This document shows positions 12,056-25,263 of a DNA stretch of 64,000 nt, one piece after another; position 1 is the first letter of the stretch, and every line of letters begins with the position of its first letter. The position numbers and the translations under genes are program-made. The DNA is from Podarcis gaigeae (Eukaryota): NCBI GenBank assembly GCA_964106915.2, contig OZ066915.1; one strand, given 5' to 3'. A model generated the notes under the pieces. It was not told the origin of the DNA, ran no database searches, and saw only the letters and a list, made by a program, of their open reading frames with translations.

Positions 12056-14039
12056 TACAGACTGTCAATGATGTGACAGGCAACTTGGATTTTAAGCTGA
12101 ATTTGTCCCAACCCTTTATCACATTGGTGTCCATCTACTGGTTTAAAACTCTGACATCCGAAGTAGTCTCCCAGTGCATATATTTGTAAGATTTCAGCCC
12201 GAGCGGAAGATAAGCTCTCATCTTCTAGACTGGTAGCTTTCGTGTAAATCCAACACACCATGGTTGTCAACTTAAAAATGCAACAATATAATATTGTCCT
12301 AAAAACCTCAAGAATTAGAAAAGTTAATGAAAGAGCCCAGTTGCAGCCACTGGTGAGGAAATCTATACTTTGCCCCCAGAAAAGGGAGAAGAACAGGAAC
12401 TAATGGTCTGTAACCCACAACTGTACTGGGCTCTGTACTATGGTAAGGTCAGACCAAGAGAGTTATATGTTTACATTTTTCTAAGCAGAGGTAATAAAAG
12501 ATGAACAAGTATGTCTTAAATTAAAAGCAGGTCCATAATGCAGGTTTGGATTACAGGTAGGGTGACTACTTGAATACTGTATTGTTTATGTGTGGCATTT
12601 AAATTTCTAACCAGGAGGAGGAGCTTGGGCAAAAAAATTTTTTTTGGGGGGGGGGGATAATTGAAAGCTGGAGAAGGGAGAATTCTGTTCAATATTTTTA
12701 CTTTCCTTTTGTTTTAATTTCTTGTGGTTAATTATTTTGAGTGCCATTCATGGGAGAGAGGTGGGATGCATGTTTTATGTCAGGGAAATATGAAAGGAGG
12801 CCAAGGTTGTGGAAACCAAGATAGAGGCTGCACTTCATATGGTGGGCATCTGATTGGGTATCTGGGGGAGAAGAACATTTGAGATAAAAAAAAGGAACTA
12901 AACAAATATATGGCTTTTTGAGCCCCCACAATCAGGACATGTATCCTGATGCACAAGAAGCCTCCAAACCGTTTAGTCATTGTATTTCTTGCATGGCTTC
13001 TAGCAACAAGCACTATGAGAGTTGGGATACTGGCCTAGAACTAGCACTGGTTTGAGCTAGCAAGGATGAACAAAACATTTTGCAATCTAAATTAACTTTT
13101 TGCTAACAAAAGATAATAAAAAAAAAGAAATCAGGAGAGTGTGGTCAAAAGGAAATTTGTTTTTCAGTTATCTTTATGTTACATAATTCAGAGAGAGATA
13201 AGCTGGTGTCAGGTGAAATGTGTATCACAGGAACAATACCAAGCCATTAGTCCTGCCATTAAGAGAAAATTGTAATGTCAGCTAGAAAGGAGCATTTTCT
13301 ACACACGGTGATCTTGTTCTCATTCTCATTTAGATAATACATTATTCCCTTTTTGCAGGGTCTGAAATAAGCCTATACAGCAACTTCCTCAAGGTCAACA
13401 AGTGTGTCCAGACCAATAATTGTGTTGCCTTCCATTTATTGTTGCCGTTCCAGTACACAGCCTTTATACAGTACTCAGAATTGTGGGCTTGGGTTTTATA
13501 ACATTTGTGTTTCTGAAAACCAGCTTAAATGTGTGTCCCCCGCCCACATGCAAGAGTAGAAGAGCCTTGAAATGGGAACCTAAAATAGGCCCGTTTCAGT
13601 TTCTACTAAAATGAATTAGCAGAAAATAGTAGCAAACAGCCTATGTGAATGAGCACAAGTTTATGAAGGGAAGGGAAGTCTCTAATACTGAAAGAAGGGT
13701 TCGGCCATGGTCAGGAAAAAGAAAGTATTTGGTTTCTCTTAAGACCAAGAGCAGTAAAATTTGTTTCTCTTCAATTTCCTATATGAACCTGCCTGACTAT
13801 TAAGTTCAGTAGGGAAGCTCATATAACCCCTCTCCCCAATGTTAAAAAGGACACAGGAATGGGGTTCTGGGGCTCTTTCCATCGACAACCACAGTCATAT
13901 CTGCTGCTGACAGCAAGCAGGAAGGAAATGCTCCCTCACAGGCACTGGGAAAGGGCTCTCCACAGGCACTGATGCACGCAGGTACTGTGTGTGCAGGTGG
14001 CAATGGGTCAACCTCCTTATTGGCTGAGGCGAAAGGATC

Positions 14040-14500
14040 TTTCCAAATGGGGTAGGTAGGCAACAAAATGGGAGGTGGAACCTCAGTGTACATAAAGATG
14101 CACCTTGGGACAAAAGTAAAAGTAATCCCAACTTCAGATATAGTTTGATCAGCCTGAACTGGCGGTGACATGGAAGAGGTCTCTGGATCTTGGAAGAAAA
14201 AGCTCAGTGTCAACCCAGTTTGTGGCAGCTGCGAAGGAGGCAAATTCCTTACTAGGGATTAATAGGGAAGAGACTGAAAACAAACCTGTAGATATCACAG
14301 GGCCTTCATATCAATCTAGTTGAGATGGTATGTAGAAGTATGGCTGTCACATCTCCAAAAGGATATTGTAGAGGTGGAAAAGGTGCAGGAAATGAAGGGG
14401 CTGCAGCACTTCCCTTGTGACAAAAGAAAGCACTGGAGCTTTGGGGGGGGCAGGGAGCAGACCAGGAAAAACATGACTGAGGTTTATAAAATTAGGCATA
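14040..14500 (+). mobile_element. Old degraded CR1 LINE fragments
   Basis: Residual GGGTSVYIK (endonuclease-like) and LQKDIVEVEKVQ...MTEVYKI (ORF2 C-terminal) peptides. Confidence 0.55.
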
Positions 14501-14811
14501 GTTTTTCTCTGTGTTATTACTAGTGCTAGGGATCATCCAATGCAAGGTGCAGTAGTGTTTTCTTTTTTAAAAAATCTAATCAATTTGATGAGGTTCAAAG
14601 TTACATGTGAAGAAACCAAATGGACAGACGGTGAGCAAAAACTCAGTGCAATCCAGACTGAATTTCTCCCTCTTATGTGAAGTGGATCATGCAAAGCAAG
14701 TGCAGGCCTGTGCATCCCTTGTAGGCTCCAAAACCTACAGGTCAGCTCTGAGTCCAGCCTGACTGCCACGCCCCACCTTCCGTCTTCCTCCCCACCCCCA
14801 GTTCTTATTAC

Positions 14812-14980
14812 CTTCATCACCGCCAACATGGCGTTTTCGTCCGGTTGGACTGGTGCCATAGACTGTGCAAACTGCTGCAGCCGTCCGTAACGCCGGTATG
14901 GGTAAGTGAGGGTGTGGCTGCCCCCGCAGTGCCGAGGAACGCTTATGTAGCTGAAGTCTGACATATCAGCAAGCCTGTCG
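14812..14980 (-). CDS. QRICH2: QRICH2 exon: DRLADMSDFSYISVPRHCGGSHTLTYPYRRY...MLAVMK
   Basis: AACAG acceptor, with an alternative in-frame acceptor starting the exon at 14974. AAG|GTAATA donor, phase 2 to 0. Conserved PR.CGGSHT motif. Confidence 0.93.
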
Positions 14981-16452
14981 CTGTTAGGAATCAAGGGTCA
15001 ACAGGTCAACCCGGTGTGTAAGGGGCCCGAATGCAAAAGAGCAGGCTCTCGAACCTTGAATGGTTTGTAGGAGGTGGACTTTCAGCAAGTATAGCTTGTA
15101 ACACAAACTGCACCATCTTTTACACAACTGTCAAAGGCACAGGTGCTCTGTCTTCTTGCTCCCCTTGCTCCCCACTACCAGTGAGACTGAACCCGAACCG
15201 ACTACACTAACCTGGTTTCTGGAGGACAACACCCCAAACCATACATGGGTACCTGGGGGATTGTGACAAAATCTGTATACTCGTCCAACTGCTAGTGCTG
15301 GCTTTGCTTCTCCATGCTGCACCAATTCTTTAACAGACCAGCTGTCCCAACACACAGCCACAACTCCTCCTGCCTTATTCTTCATTTTCTCACTTCACTA
15401 CAGTGGCCAGGTGAAAAGGGGGACCAGGGTGGGCTACCACATCTTTAAACTGTGCAGAAGACGAGAATCTCAGCCGGTAAGCCTTGCATGTGGAAATCCC
15501 GTCTTCTAAGCAGCTCATAAAAGTACAGCACCCACCCAACCTATCCTCTTACTCAACTGGGGATCCCATCCATCAGCCACAATCATGGCTTACTAGCTAG
15601 ACCAGTGATAACCAACAGGATGCTGTTGGCCTGCAGCTCCATTAAAGACCGATGGCCATGTTGGCTGGGGCTGAAGGGAGTTGGAGTCCAGCTTCTTCTG
15701 CAGGCTACCCTTGAGCTAGACCAGGCAGGACTTTCCTTTTGGATGTTATAGCTGGGGAGAAGGTGGTCAATAGGGGAACAGGAAATGAGCAAGGTGGAAG
15801 GTCTGTGGCACCACCTTCTGTTGTGGCTGCTGAGAGGTTAAAGGGAACAGGAAAGGTCTTATTTCCAGGTGCAATAGTAATTTGGTTTCGGTGCCGAATG
15901 TTAAAAAAAGTTAGGTTGCAATCCTACATTTGCTTACTCCACAGTAAGCCCCATTGAACTCGGTGGGGCTTGCGTTGAGTGTATATGTGTAATATGCCAC
16001 AGTAATACTGTGCTTGATTTTTCATGGTACACTTTAGCAGCTACCTTGAGTCTCCTTTTGGAGGGAGAAAGGTGGGAACAGACAAGTAAATAAGATAAAT
16101 ATGAGAGAGCAAGCCAAATGCCGCTCCCAGGTTGTTTAGGGTCAAGTCCTGCCCAAGGATATTTTGAAATACTAACTTCAGAAAGCACTTTTGGGGGTGG
16201 GTGGGTTTACATTTATTTATCACAATTTAGCACCCCTGTCCTTAATTATCCCACAAAACACCACTCACAATTACACTGAACATTTTCAGAATGTCAAAAC
16301 TGATTCATTTCCCAAATAAAGCAGAAAACACTAAGCCGCTCCAGAGAGGTCACGGTGGAAGGGAAAACTGAAATATTAGGTGCACACTCAGTGTACAACA
16401 ACAACAACCTGTTCCTGGCTTTGTCTCCCTGGCCTGCACTTCATCAAGCAGC

Positions 16453-16453
<1 letters not shown>

Positions 16454-16489
<36 letters not shown>
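16454..16489. repeat. (CA)n microsatellite
   Basis: Read directly from the sequence. Confidence 0.95.
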
Positions 16490-16490
<1 letters not shown>

Positions 16491-17668
16491 AGAATGAAAG
16501 AGTAGATCTTGTCACAAGTCAGCATGTAGACAAGGAGGGAGCTTCCTAGACAGAAAGTAGAATTTCAGGCATGGAAGCAATAGGTGGAGCAGCAACTAGC
16601 AAGCTAACAGTGAAGCAGAAATAAAAATGCAAGCTACATTGCCAGTTTTGATGGGAGGGGTTTCTGAAGTCTTGGTGGAACTTTGCTGTTGGGAACTGGG
16701 GTGGCATACCTGACCTGCAGTACAAGGTTAATGTTTGTTTGCATGTTACTTCTTTGGTTCTGCAGGTAAAGGAGTTGTCCTGCAGACATCAGTAAATATA
16801 TTGTGAAGCTGTAGCAGTCAGGTCTGACTTGTTCAACAGACATCTCAAGCTCAGAGTTTGCTTTGGAATTCCAGATTTTATTACCGTGCAGCAGCAGCAG
16901 CAGCAGCAAGTCTGACCACTAAATATGTGCATTCTTTCCATTCACAGAGCTATATGTACGCTAAGGAGAAGCACCTTAAGGGGTTGCTTCAGGCATGACG
17001 AAATTCCTACACTGAAGTTGGTTCTGCATAAGAATCTGCATAAATCCTGCATGCCAGTTATCTAAGAGCACATGAGGAGTTTGTTGCTTCTTATCACACA
17101 GAAATTTGTTCCAAAAAGTGGCTTCTGTGTATAGGAATTTTCACCCATGTGTGAAACAAAGTGAAGAAGTTCCACACTGGTAAGTGAGAAGGCTCAGCAA
17201 ATAGTTATCTGCTCCTGCTCTTCTTGTGGCTGATTTCTTGCAAAGCTGATATTGTTCACAACCTATTTGGAATATCCACCTGGATAAAAATAATTAACCA
17301 AGAGCTCGACCCAGAGATTTAGCTAAGTATTAATGACTGTTTCATAAATCTGCCTTTCAGGGATTTCTGGAGTTCTGTTGTGTCCATGCCTTGAAATCCC
17401 TAGGATGGCTTTGTAATGAAGCATTACTTCAAGCCCAGCATCAGCACCTGAAATGATGGGTTAAATGTCTGGGCCCAGAACCCCCAGAAAGCCCACTGGA
17501 GCTGACTCTGCTGCCATCTCCTTTTGATTTTGATTTTTTAAAATGTAGCTTACCCAATTCCATACTCATCAAAGAAGCACTGAGCAAAGTGGCCTGAGCC
17601 ACCAACATATTTTATTCCTCCAGACTCATTCTGGGATAATAAAATGGAGGTTGATGCAGCAACCACCC

Positions 17669-18087
17669 AGAGCCGGCTCGCCTGTGATGCAGGGAACAGC
17701 GCCTGCCTTGGGTGGTGGTAATGCAAGAGGCAGCACTCTGCCCTCTCCACCACTCCTGCTACCGAGGAGGAGGCATTCCAGTGTGCAGCGTTGCTGCTCG
17801 TCTTCCCCGCCTCCAGGTGGAGAAGCCAAGGAAGCAGCAATATTTGGCTGAATGCCCTGGCTCCTGCCAGGTTTGGCAAGAGCCAGGGTGTTCCTGTGTG
17901 CTGGCTTCTGCTTGGTTTCCCCCCGGGGGAGCAACACTCGGAGGAGCACCCTGGCTCGCACCAGGTTCGGCAAAAACGGGGGCGTGGCGGCAGAAGTGGG
18001 GTACGGTGGGTGAGGCCAGGAAGCTGCAATTGGGTGGGGCGTGGAGTTCGATCTGTCCCGGGTGCCTTCAAACTGAGTGCCAGCCCT
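17669..18087. mobile_element. Probable non-autonomous DNA transposon with Harbinger/PIF-like termini
   Basis: AGAGCCGGC...GCCAGCCCT imperfect inverted ends; locally GC- and CpG-rich; TSD not clear. Confidence 0.45.
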
Positions 18088-18147
18088 ACTTTGCTTCTCG
18101 TTGCTTTGGAGCTATGAACTTCAACTGCTCAAGACTTTTTCTCCTAC

Positions 18148-18351
18148 CGTTTGCCATACGGGGTTGAGCCAAGACACTGGGCCTGCAGCATCTCCCTGAT
18201 CATCTGAGCGTTGACCTTCGCTGCTCCACCACTGTAATGGCTCTGCACCTTCTGTATATCCATGAGCATCTTGGAATGGATGCGGCGCAGCTTATTGAGA
18301 CTCGCACTCTTCTCCAGTGCATCAAAACGAACACCAGGTCCTAACTTCAGA
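18148..18351 (-). CDS. QRICH2: QRICH2 exon: LKLGPGVRFDALEKSASLNKLRRIHSKMLMDIQKVQSHY...CLGSTPYGK(R)
   Basis: CCCTAG acceptor, ACG|GTAGGA donor, 204 nt, phase 2 to 2. Matches the recalled human LKLG...HSKMLMNIEKVQIHF...QCLGS segment. Confidence 0.92.
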
Positions 18352-19386
18352 CTAGGGTGGGGTACAATAGGATGGGAAGGGGAAAGGTGGGGTGCAGCAG
18401 CACATGCCAGAGAGCAAGGAGACGGCAAACAGCCACATAAAGAGAACGGAAAAGAGAAATCATACTGTTAAGCAGGCCTGTTGCTTCCAGCATGCCTTGC
18501 TCGCATTTTACACACCTTTTGTGAGAAAGCAGGAACTAGTGAGAACATTTACGTGGAGCTATGCTACCTGGGAGGACCTAACCGGGTTCACTCAAACTGA
18601 CAGCTATGAAGAATCTAAAAAGCAAAGGACACATGTTCAATGGGACACATTTTCTACAGAAGATCCTCTGGGTGTAACAAATGGAGGGGTTGCTGAGGTC
18701 TACTGCCCCATCCAGCGACACTTCTATCTAAGGATGTGTTGAGAGATTGCCCAAAGGAAACTTTCAGCCAATTTTTGAGAGGGATGGTTGGAGGAATTCA
18801 CCCCCACCTACCCCCTTATATCCCTGTCCTCCTTCCACCACCGGTTTCCTAACTTTGGCACTGGGGTTATTTCTTTTAGCCTCTGGTTAACAGATGCCAC
18901 TGTAATTTTTTGCTACACGGTGACAGAATATTGTTTGCAAGAGAACTGTAGGAAACAAACAGTGGCATCCACTAGCTGCCAGGAAAAGCCTTGCCACACC
19001 AACAGAGGCTAATCCCCTGCCCTGCTCCCCTACCTGCCAGTTTGCTGAAACGATTGCCCCATTCTCATCACATGCAAATGGGGCAGAGGAAATGGGGGAG
19101 CTCCCTCTGTCCAACCTGTCAGTGAAAAATCTTGTTTTGCTAGGCAGGAGTATTTGGGCTGCAAGCTATTTTCCTGCCACTCCTGCCTTCCCCCAACAGA
19201 ATGCTAGCAATATCACCAAGGCCAGAGGCACTTTGCATCTGCTCTCTTCTCAGTTTCATTCTCCCCAGCAGGCCCCCTATTTCCAAATCTGTGCCCCGTC
19301 CAATTCCCACCTGACCTGCCTCTTAAAATACACACAAACTAGGAACCAGAAAAAATCCCCTCCGAAGCCCCTTGTCCTCTGCGTAC

Positions 19387-19488
19387 CTGCGGTTCAGCTG
19401 CCTGATTTGTTCCAATTCATAAACCATGTATGGCCGGAGGGATTGGTGAGCAGGTAAACCTGGCACAGCAGGGAGTGTAGTGATGTGT
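19387..19488 (-). CDS. QRICH2: QRICH2 exon: HITTLPAVPGLPAHQSLRPYMVYELEQIRQLNR(S)
   Basis: CAG acceptor, CAG|GTACGC donor, 102 nt, phase 2 to 2; conserved S.RPY.VyELEQ.RQ motif. Confidence 0.93.
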
Positions 19489-19850
19489 CTGCCAAGACAA
19501 TAAGCAGGCAGGTTAAGCAAAGGGAGGGGTGGGAGAACGAAGCAGCTACAGGACAAGGAAGTCGTCCCTGGCTCAGCTGCTGACATCTGCTTGTCACCGA
19601 AGGGCAGGCCATGCAGGAGCCTGGGCTGGCTGATGGGATGTGTTTTACCCAAGCTACCAGTTGGAGGCTGTGGTTTCCCCATCATGGCTGAGCAAGGAGG
19701 ACTCAAATCCAAATCACCCAGCTTCCAAGTCCTGTACTGCACCTATTTTTAAACCACCACATACCCCTATAAATATTGATTGTTAATTTTCTGTCCCAGG
19801 ACAGCAGCATAAGCACACAAGCACCATAAGAGTTCCACACATGGACTTAC

Positions 19851-19916
19851 GGGCCAGGAACGACCATTTCCAAAGGTCGGTCGCAAGAGATGCAGTGGAA
19901 ATGGGCCAGGAGTCTC
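19851..19916 (-). CDS. QRICH2: QRICH2 exon: RLLAHFHCISCDRPLEMVVPG(P)
   Basis: CAG acceptor, CC|GTAAGT donor, 66 nt, phase 2 to 2; conserved FHC.SCDRP motif. Confidence 0.95.
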
Positions 19917-20546
19917 CTGTTTGGGTAGAAAAAGAGATGCTTAGGCCAAATGAAGGAATTACGGCAATGGGAGTATAGAGCAGGTGCTTGGGGGGGGGGG
20001 GGTTGATACAGGATATGCAAATGTCTGCCTGAACGGTCCGTGCGAAGGAGAGTAAAATCATAGTTTGTACACACATTTTCATGAAGGGGGAGATGCCCTG
20101 AAGTTGAAAGGTTTGTGGACTCACAACAGCAGCAGAAGAAGAAGCAACACAAGTTGTGTCTAGGGAGCTCCTTATGTGCTTGGTAACACCAGGCACTCAC
20201 AGATCTCTCCGTGGATGAGGAGGAGATGCAGAAGGCACTTTTCGCACACTGCAGCACAAGCAGGCCAGGCACATTCACCTGCTGCCTTCTTACCCCGTTC
20301 CTATGTAGTTTCTGACTGCCTGGGTAGCAACATAACAGTGTGGAATTAACTTGGGCATCCTAACACTCAGAATGGGTGCTTCCTATTTAAAACTGACCAC
20401 CTGGGGAGCTGTCAGAGAGCAACAGGAGATCATTCTCGATATTTTAGAACAACACATTTTCAAAATCTAAATGTCAAATTGCATGCGAAAACATTGGGAC
20501 TTGTTTTTTAAAAAGAACGTCAACAACCTGCTTTAGAAAACAAGTA

Positions 20547-20773
20547 CAGTGGTACCTCGGGTTACATACGCTTCAGGTTACAGACTCCGCTAACCCAGAA
20601 ATAGTACCTCGGGTTAAGAACTTTGCTTCAGGATGAGAACAGAAATCGTGCAGCAGCGGCACAGCAGCAGCAGGAGGCCCCATTAGCTAAAGTGGTGCTT
20701 CAGGTTAAAAACAGTTTCAGGTTAAGAACGGACCCCCAGAACGAATTAATTTCTTAACCCCGAGGTACCACTG
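20547..20773. mobile_element. Tc1/mariner-superfamily MITE
   Basis: TIR CAGTGGTACCTCGGG...CCCGAGGTACCACTG with TA TSD. Confidence 0.9.
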
Positions 20774-21992
20774 TACTCCCCTCTTCAAAACTGCACATTG
20801 GTTGCACTTTGTACTGTACTTCTATTCCCAACCCCCCTTTTTCCCTTCCTCGAGGGAAGCAGATTCCTCCGGTGGAGATCAGGTAGCTATGGAGATCCTT
20901 CCCTCCCAAACATGACACACCTTTACCTAATCCCAACTGACTGACATTAAGGAAGCAGAGGTGAGTGGGGTTATGAGTCAGGAATTGGCACCACCAGCTA
21001 CTGCTGGGAAAGAGTACTTGGTGCATGGGGCAGGATTTGAGCAGCTTCAAGCCTCTCTGTTCCTTGAAGATCGCCCTGGAGGAAGAGCTGGAATTAACTG
21101 CGCACACACAACTTCGCCTGGGGATACCATGCTTCTTGTCGGAAAGCATTTGCTGGCACCTTATTCCTCCACTCTTTCAAGTACAGTCACTGTTTCGTTC
21201 CGTCAAAGGATGTGGAGGGAAGCAGAGAGCAAGGCCTGGGAGGCGGCTTGCCTGGCTGTTGGATCCAGTCTCTATCTTCTTACATAACGGGCACACAGTA
21301 TGGGGGCTGCTGACTGTGCCACCACCCTCCGCCCAGCAGAATGCATTCGTAATTGCCAGCTTCCATGGCTGAGGCTATTCGCTCTCCCTTCTTCGAGGTG
21401 AGTGAGCTGTGCCCCATGTCCCCATGCGTCGCAAGCACCACCACCCTCTGGTGGTGACACATGGGTGATGCAGCTTGCAGCACTGAAGGAAAGAGCATCC
21501 ATTGACAAGAACTGTGGAGGGATGAGAGAGTGCCAGCTGGCCAACTGGGCCACTCCTTCCAAAAGACTTCAAAAAACCCCAAAACAAAAACAAAAAACAC
21601 AGCTACACAGCAGAGTGCAATTGAGATGCCTATAGGCAGGGGAACATCCATGATTCAGAGCCCTATCTGAACAAAATTATCAATTTCGGGTTCTCACTTT
21701 TCCAGTCTTAAAATTCAGTTTGCCCCTTTTCCACATTAGCTTGCATTAAAAAGGGGGGGGGGAAAGGTCCAGGCAAAAAATTGTTTGCAATTTTGTGTAC
21801 ATTTCTCTGTAGAAGTGCACGTTATATGTAATTTTACCTAACACACACATTTCTGCTGGCAATTTTCCATAAGATAATGCATTTTTGTACTCTAACATAC
21901 ACAATTGTGTGTGTGTGTGTTTTGTTTTTTTACTGAAGACATGCATTGCAAAAACACTGAAGGAGGACCAGCAGACTTGGGGGGGGGGGGCT

Positions 21993-22398
21993 GAATCATA
22001 GAACGGTAGTGTTGGAAGGGACCCTGAGGATCATTTAGTCCAGGGGTCAGCAAACTTTTTCAGCAGGGGGCCAGTCCACTGTCCCTCAGACCTTGTGGGG
22101 GGGGCAGACTATATTTTTTGGGGGGAAATGAACAAATGCCTATGCCCCACAAATAACCCAGAGATGCATTTTAAATAAAAGCACATGTTCTACTAATGTA
22201 AAAACACGCTGATTCCCGGACTGTCCGCGGGCCGGATTTAGAAGGCAATTGGGCCGGATCCGGCCCCTGAGCCTTAGTTTGCCTACCCATGATTTAGTCC
22301 AACCCCCTGCAATGCAGGAACATGCCACTGTTCCATAGGGGGATCGAACCTGCAACCTTGGTGTTATTAGCACCATACTCTAACCAACTGAGCTATCA
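21993..22398 (-). mobile_element. tRNA-Ile(AAT)-derived SINE with CR1-like tail (Squam3-like), interrupted by a hAT MITE
   Basis: Minus strand reads TAGCTCAGTTGGTTAGAG...GCTAATAAC...GGTTCGATCCCC, followed by a CR1-type tail GGGGGTTGGACTAAATGATCC...TTCTATGATTC. Confidence 0.8.
22041..22291. mobile_element. hAT-type MITE nested in the SINE
   Basis: CAGGGGTCAGCAAAC...GTTTGCCTACCCATG termini; 8-bp TSD ATTTAGTC (22033-22040 and 22292-22299). Confidence 0.88.
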
Positions 22399-22798
22399 AT
22401 TCCACCACTCCTTTGACTTGCCTGGAACCAGGGAGAAGAGAGGGTGTACTTTGGGGAGAGTAAAGAGAGTAAGCCAGAGAGGCTTGGAGGGACACACTTG
22501 ACCCCAGGCCTACTCTAATCATACTGCAATAGTAAACATGAAAGGCTTCCAGTCTTCCAAAGCAGGTTTTTTTTAAGCACACCCCCCCCCCAAAACATAA
22601 CTTCTACTCTTTGAAAGCAGAGGTTTCTAGGCAACCTAATGGCATGGGAGAATAGATATATAGGCAGGTAGGCAAGGTATACTCCTTCAAACCAAGGGTG
22701 TATTGTTCCACAAACTGCTAACTATGCCTAGAAGCAGCAAACACTTCTGAAAAGAGCTTGAGCAGAGAGAACTAAGAAAAGCCAAGGATGGTGTAGAG

Positions 22799-23121
22799 CA
22801 GGGGTCAGCAACCTTTTTCAGCCATGGGCCGGTCCACCGTCCCTCAGACCATGTGGTGGGCCGGACTGTATTTTGAGAAAAAATATGAACAAATTATTTT
22901 GCCCCACAAATAACCCAGTGATGCATTTTAAATAAAAGCACACATTCCACTCATGTAAAAAGACCAGGCAGGCCCCACAAGTAAACCAGAGATGCATTTT
23001 AAATAAAAGGACAGACAGAGTCTACTCATGTAAAAACACGCTGATTCCTGGACTGTCCATGGGCTGGATTGGGAAGGCGATTGGGCTGCATCCGGCCCAC
23101 GGGCCTTAGGTTGCCTACCTA
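22799..23121. mobile_element. hAT-type MITE, same family, with an internal tandem duplication of about 65 bp
   Basis: Same termini; imperfect 8-bp TSD GTGTAGAG/GTGTAGAA. Confidence 0.8.
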
Positions 23122-23645
23122 GTGTAGAAAAAGCATCTTTGGCAAGGCTTTCGGTGTTGGAACAGGGCTCACTGTTCCCAGCGTAAGTGTCAAAAACAAA
23201 TACCCGGAGCCCAAAGAGTGCAGTAGAGAAGTAGGACGTATGGAGCGCAGCTTGCTGGAGAAAAACCATTCTCTTCAAAGTGCTATGTTAGGATGCAAGC
23301 TACTCCAAAGTCCTTTCTTTCAGGAACTCATACTAGATATACAAAGTGCGCTGAGGTCAGGCCAGGCCAAAGGGCCATAGTCCATCCAACACATCTTATC
23401 CTGACAGGCAGTGTCTCAGCATTCTGATCCTCTACTTAAGACCCTTCAACTATAAAACCAGCACACGGTTCCAAGGAGCATGTTGTAGGCAGTGTGCATT
23501 GGCATGCTGGAGGCTTTCATTTTCGCACAACACCCACAAACGTGAGACACGTGTGGCAACGTGCATTAGATTTGGCTTGACATCTGCCCGCTGTTCTCAT
23601 ACGTCTACCGGAAGATAAGAGTTGTCTGTCTTCAGACCTTCTTAC

Positions 23646-23767
23646 CTCCTGATCCCAGCAGCTTCGTCTCCTATTTCTTGTGGCATCCTCTCCTTCAGCT
23701 GTTTCCGGATATCCTTCCAGCGCTCCTCCAGCTGCTGTCGGAAGGGGTCCAGTTCCAAGCGGTCCAG
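23646..23767 (-). CDS. QRICH2: QRICH2 exon: LDRLELDPFRQQLEERWKDIRKQLKERMPQEIGDEAAGIR(R)
   Basis: GTGCAG acceptor, GAG|GTAAGA donor, 122 nt, phase 0 to 2; DUF4795 motif LDRLELDP...DEAAG.R. Confidence 0.95.
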
Positions 23768-25263
23768 CTGCACAAAAAGGGACAGAACGGTTCTGGAGAG
23801 AGCTGCATGTTCAAGGCACTGCAACGCTACCATCCTGCAACGCTACCATCCTGGAAGTGGCTCCGCTTCAAAGCTAGCACTGAAGCTCTGCCACATTGAG
23901 TGAGTCACTGCCATTCAAAATATTGTTCAGCCCACTTTTCTGGTGCTCAAGGCAGCTTACGGCAGAAAAGTCGTGCATCCATTTCAGCACAAGCTGGGAA
24001 AATGGCATAGTCATTAATCAGTGCCTAAGTGGTAAAGGCCTAGATATGGAGGAGATACCCCGGGAGAGCGTTTCAAAAGGCGAGGTGCCACCACATGGTA
24101 GACCCTGTGATGGGCAGGGGGGTGTGGAGAGACAGAAGAACAAATTGAAATATTTTGTTCCCCCTTTACCAATTAAATGAAGCAAAGATTTAACTGAGGG
24201 TCATTTAACGCTTTCTGACTGCTGAAATGAGGTACTTTGAAAACAATATGAAAGACCATAAAAGCTATATTAAATAATTAATGGCTGGATGGCAAGATTA
24301 GCATACAAAAACGCATATTAACTTATACTGCATTGTTTTAGAGAGGGCGTGAGTTAGAACATTTAAGATAATTGTATGGTGTGTAAAGAATGGAAATGTT
24401 CATATGTTTTGTATGTTTAAATTAAAATAAACTTAAAAGGGAAAGAAGGAAAAAATGCAGGTTCTGAAGGCAGGTTAGCAGAGAAGAGCCTCAGATGACA
24501 ATTGGTATGAACAGGCAGGTTTCTATAGGAGAAGGCATGCCTTTGGCCTAGGGATGCTCAACTATTTCACTTGGCCTTTCATTTTCAAGTGACCTAGTCT
24601 ATTTGCATTCCTGGACAGCAGATTAGAACACAATTATCCTCCACTTTTTGCACCCTTATTATTTTTGCAACATAGTTCTCAGGTAAAAGATAATAAAAAT
24701 ACTAAAATGCATTCAAAAATGTGTATTTAAGGACAAAGTTCGTACACAAATATGTATTTTATGTGATCAAACACATTAAACATTTTTAAAAAATGCATTA
24801 AAAAGATTGATGCAGAAATGGGATAGAATGGGACCCACAAGTAAACACATGTAAAACACGCATTGGTTGACAATTAGACTGGCCTGTCCATCCCTACTTC
24901 AGACATCCTGTTTATAGAGATTTACTGGTAAAAGCTGACATTTCAAATTGTGTCCAGAAACAAACTAGAAGCTAGTATTTAGAGGCAGGAATCATGCGTA
25001 TTCCTACCCTTCAGCCTACCCTGGCTCACCTAATTGGCAGGGTCAGGCACGAGCAATGAGACATGCATGGCTGGCTCACCAGCATAAGCACTTACAGTAA
25101 GTGTTGGGAACAGGGCAGAAAGGGATGTGCTTCTGCATGAGTCACTGGGTACTCCCAGCCACATTCCACAGCACTGAACCACAAACATGGGAAGCTCTCG
25201 ACACTTTGGGATGCCCTCATTGGCCTGGCTGTGAATCATGGGCAAGGCAAGAGCCTTGCTTAC

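Noticed and set aside
22325-22398. Functional tRNA-Ile(AAT) gene
   Set aside because: The acceptor stem is degenerate, several stem positions are mutated, and it runs directly into a CR1-type tail, so it is a SINE head.
23819-23853. 16-bp tandem duplication (CTGCAACGCTACCATC)x2 near an acceptor
   Set aside because: A simple local slippage duplication about 50 nt from the acceptor, with no sign of function.
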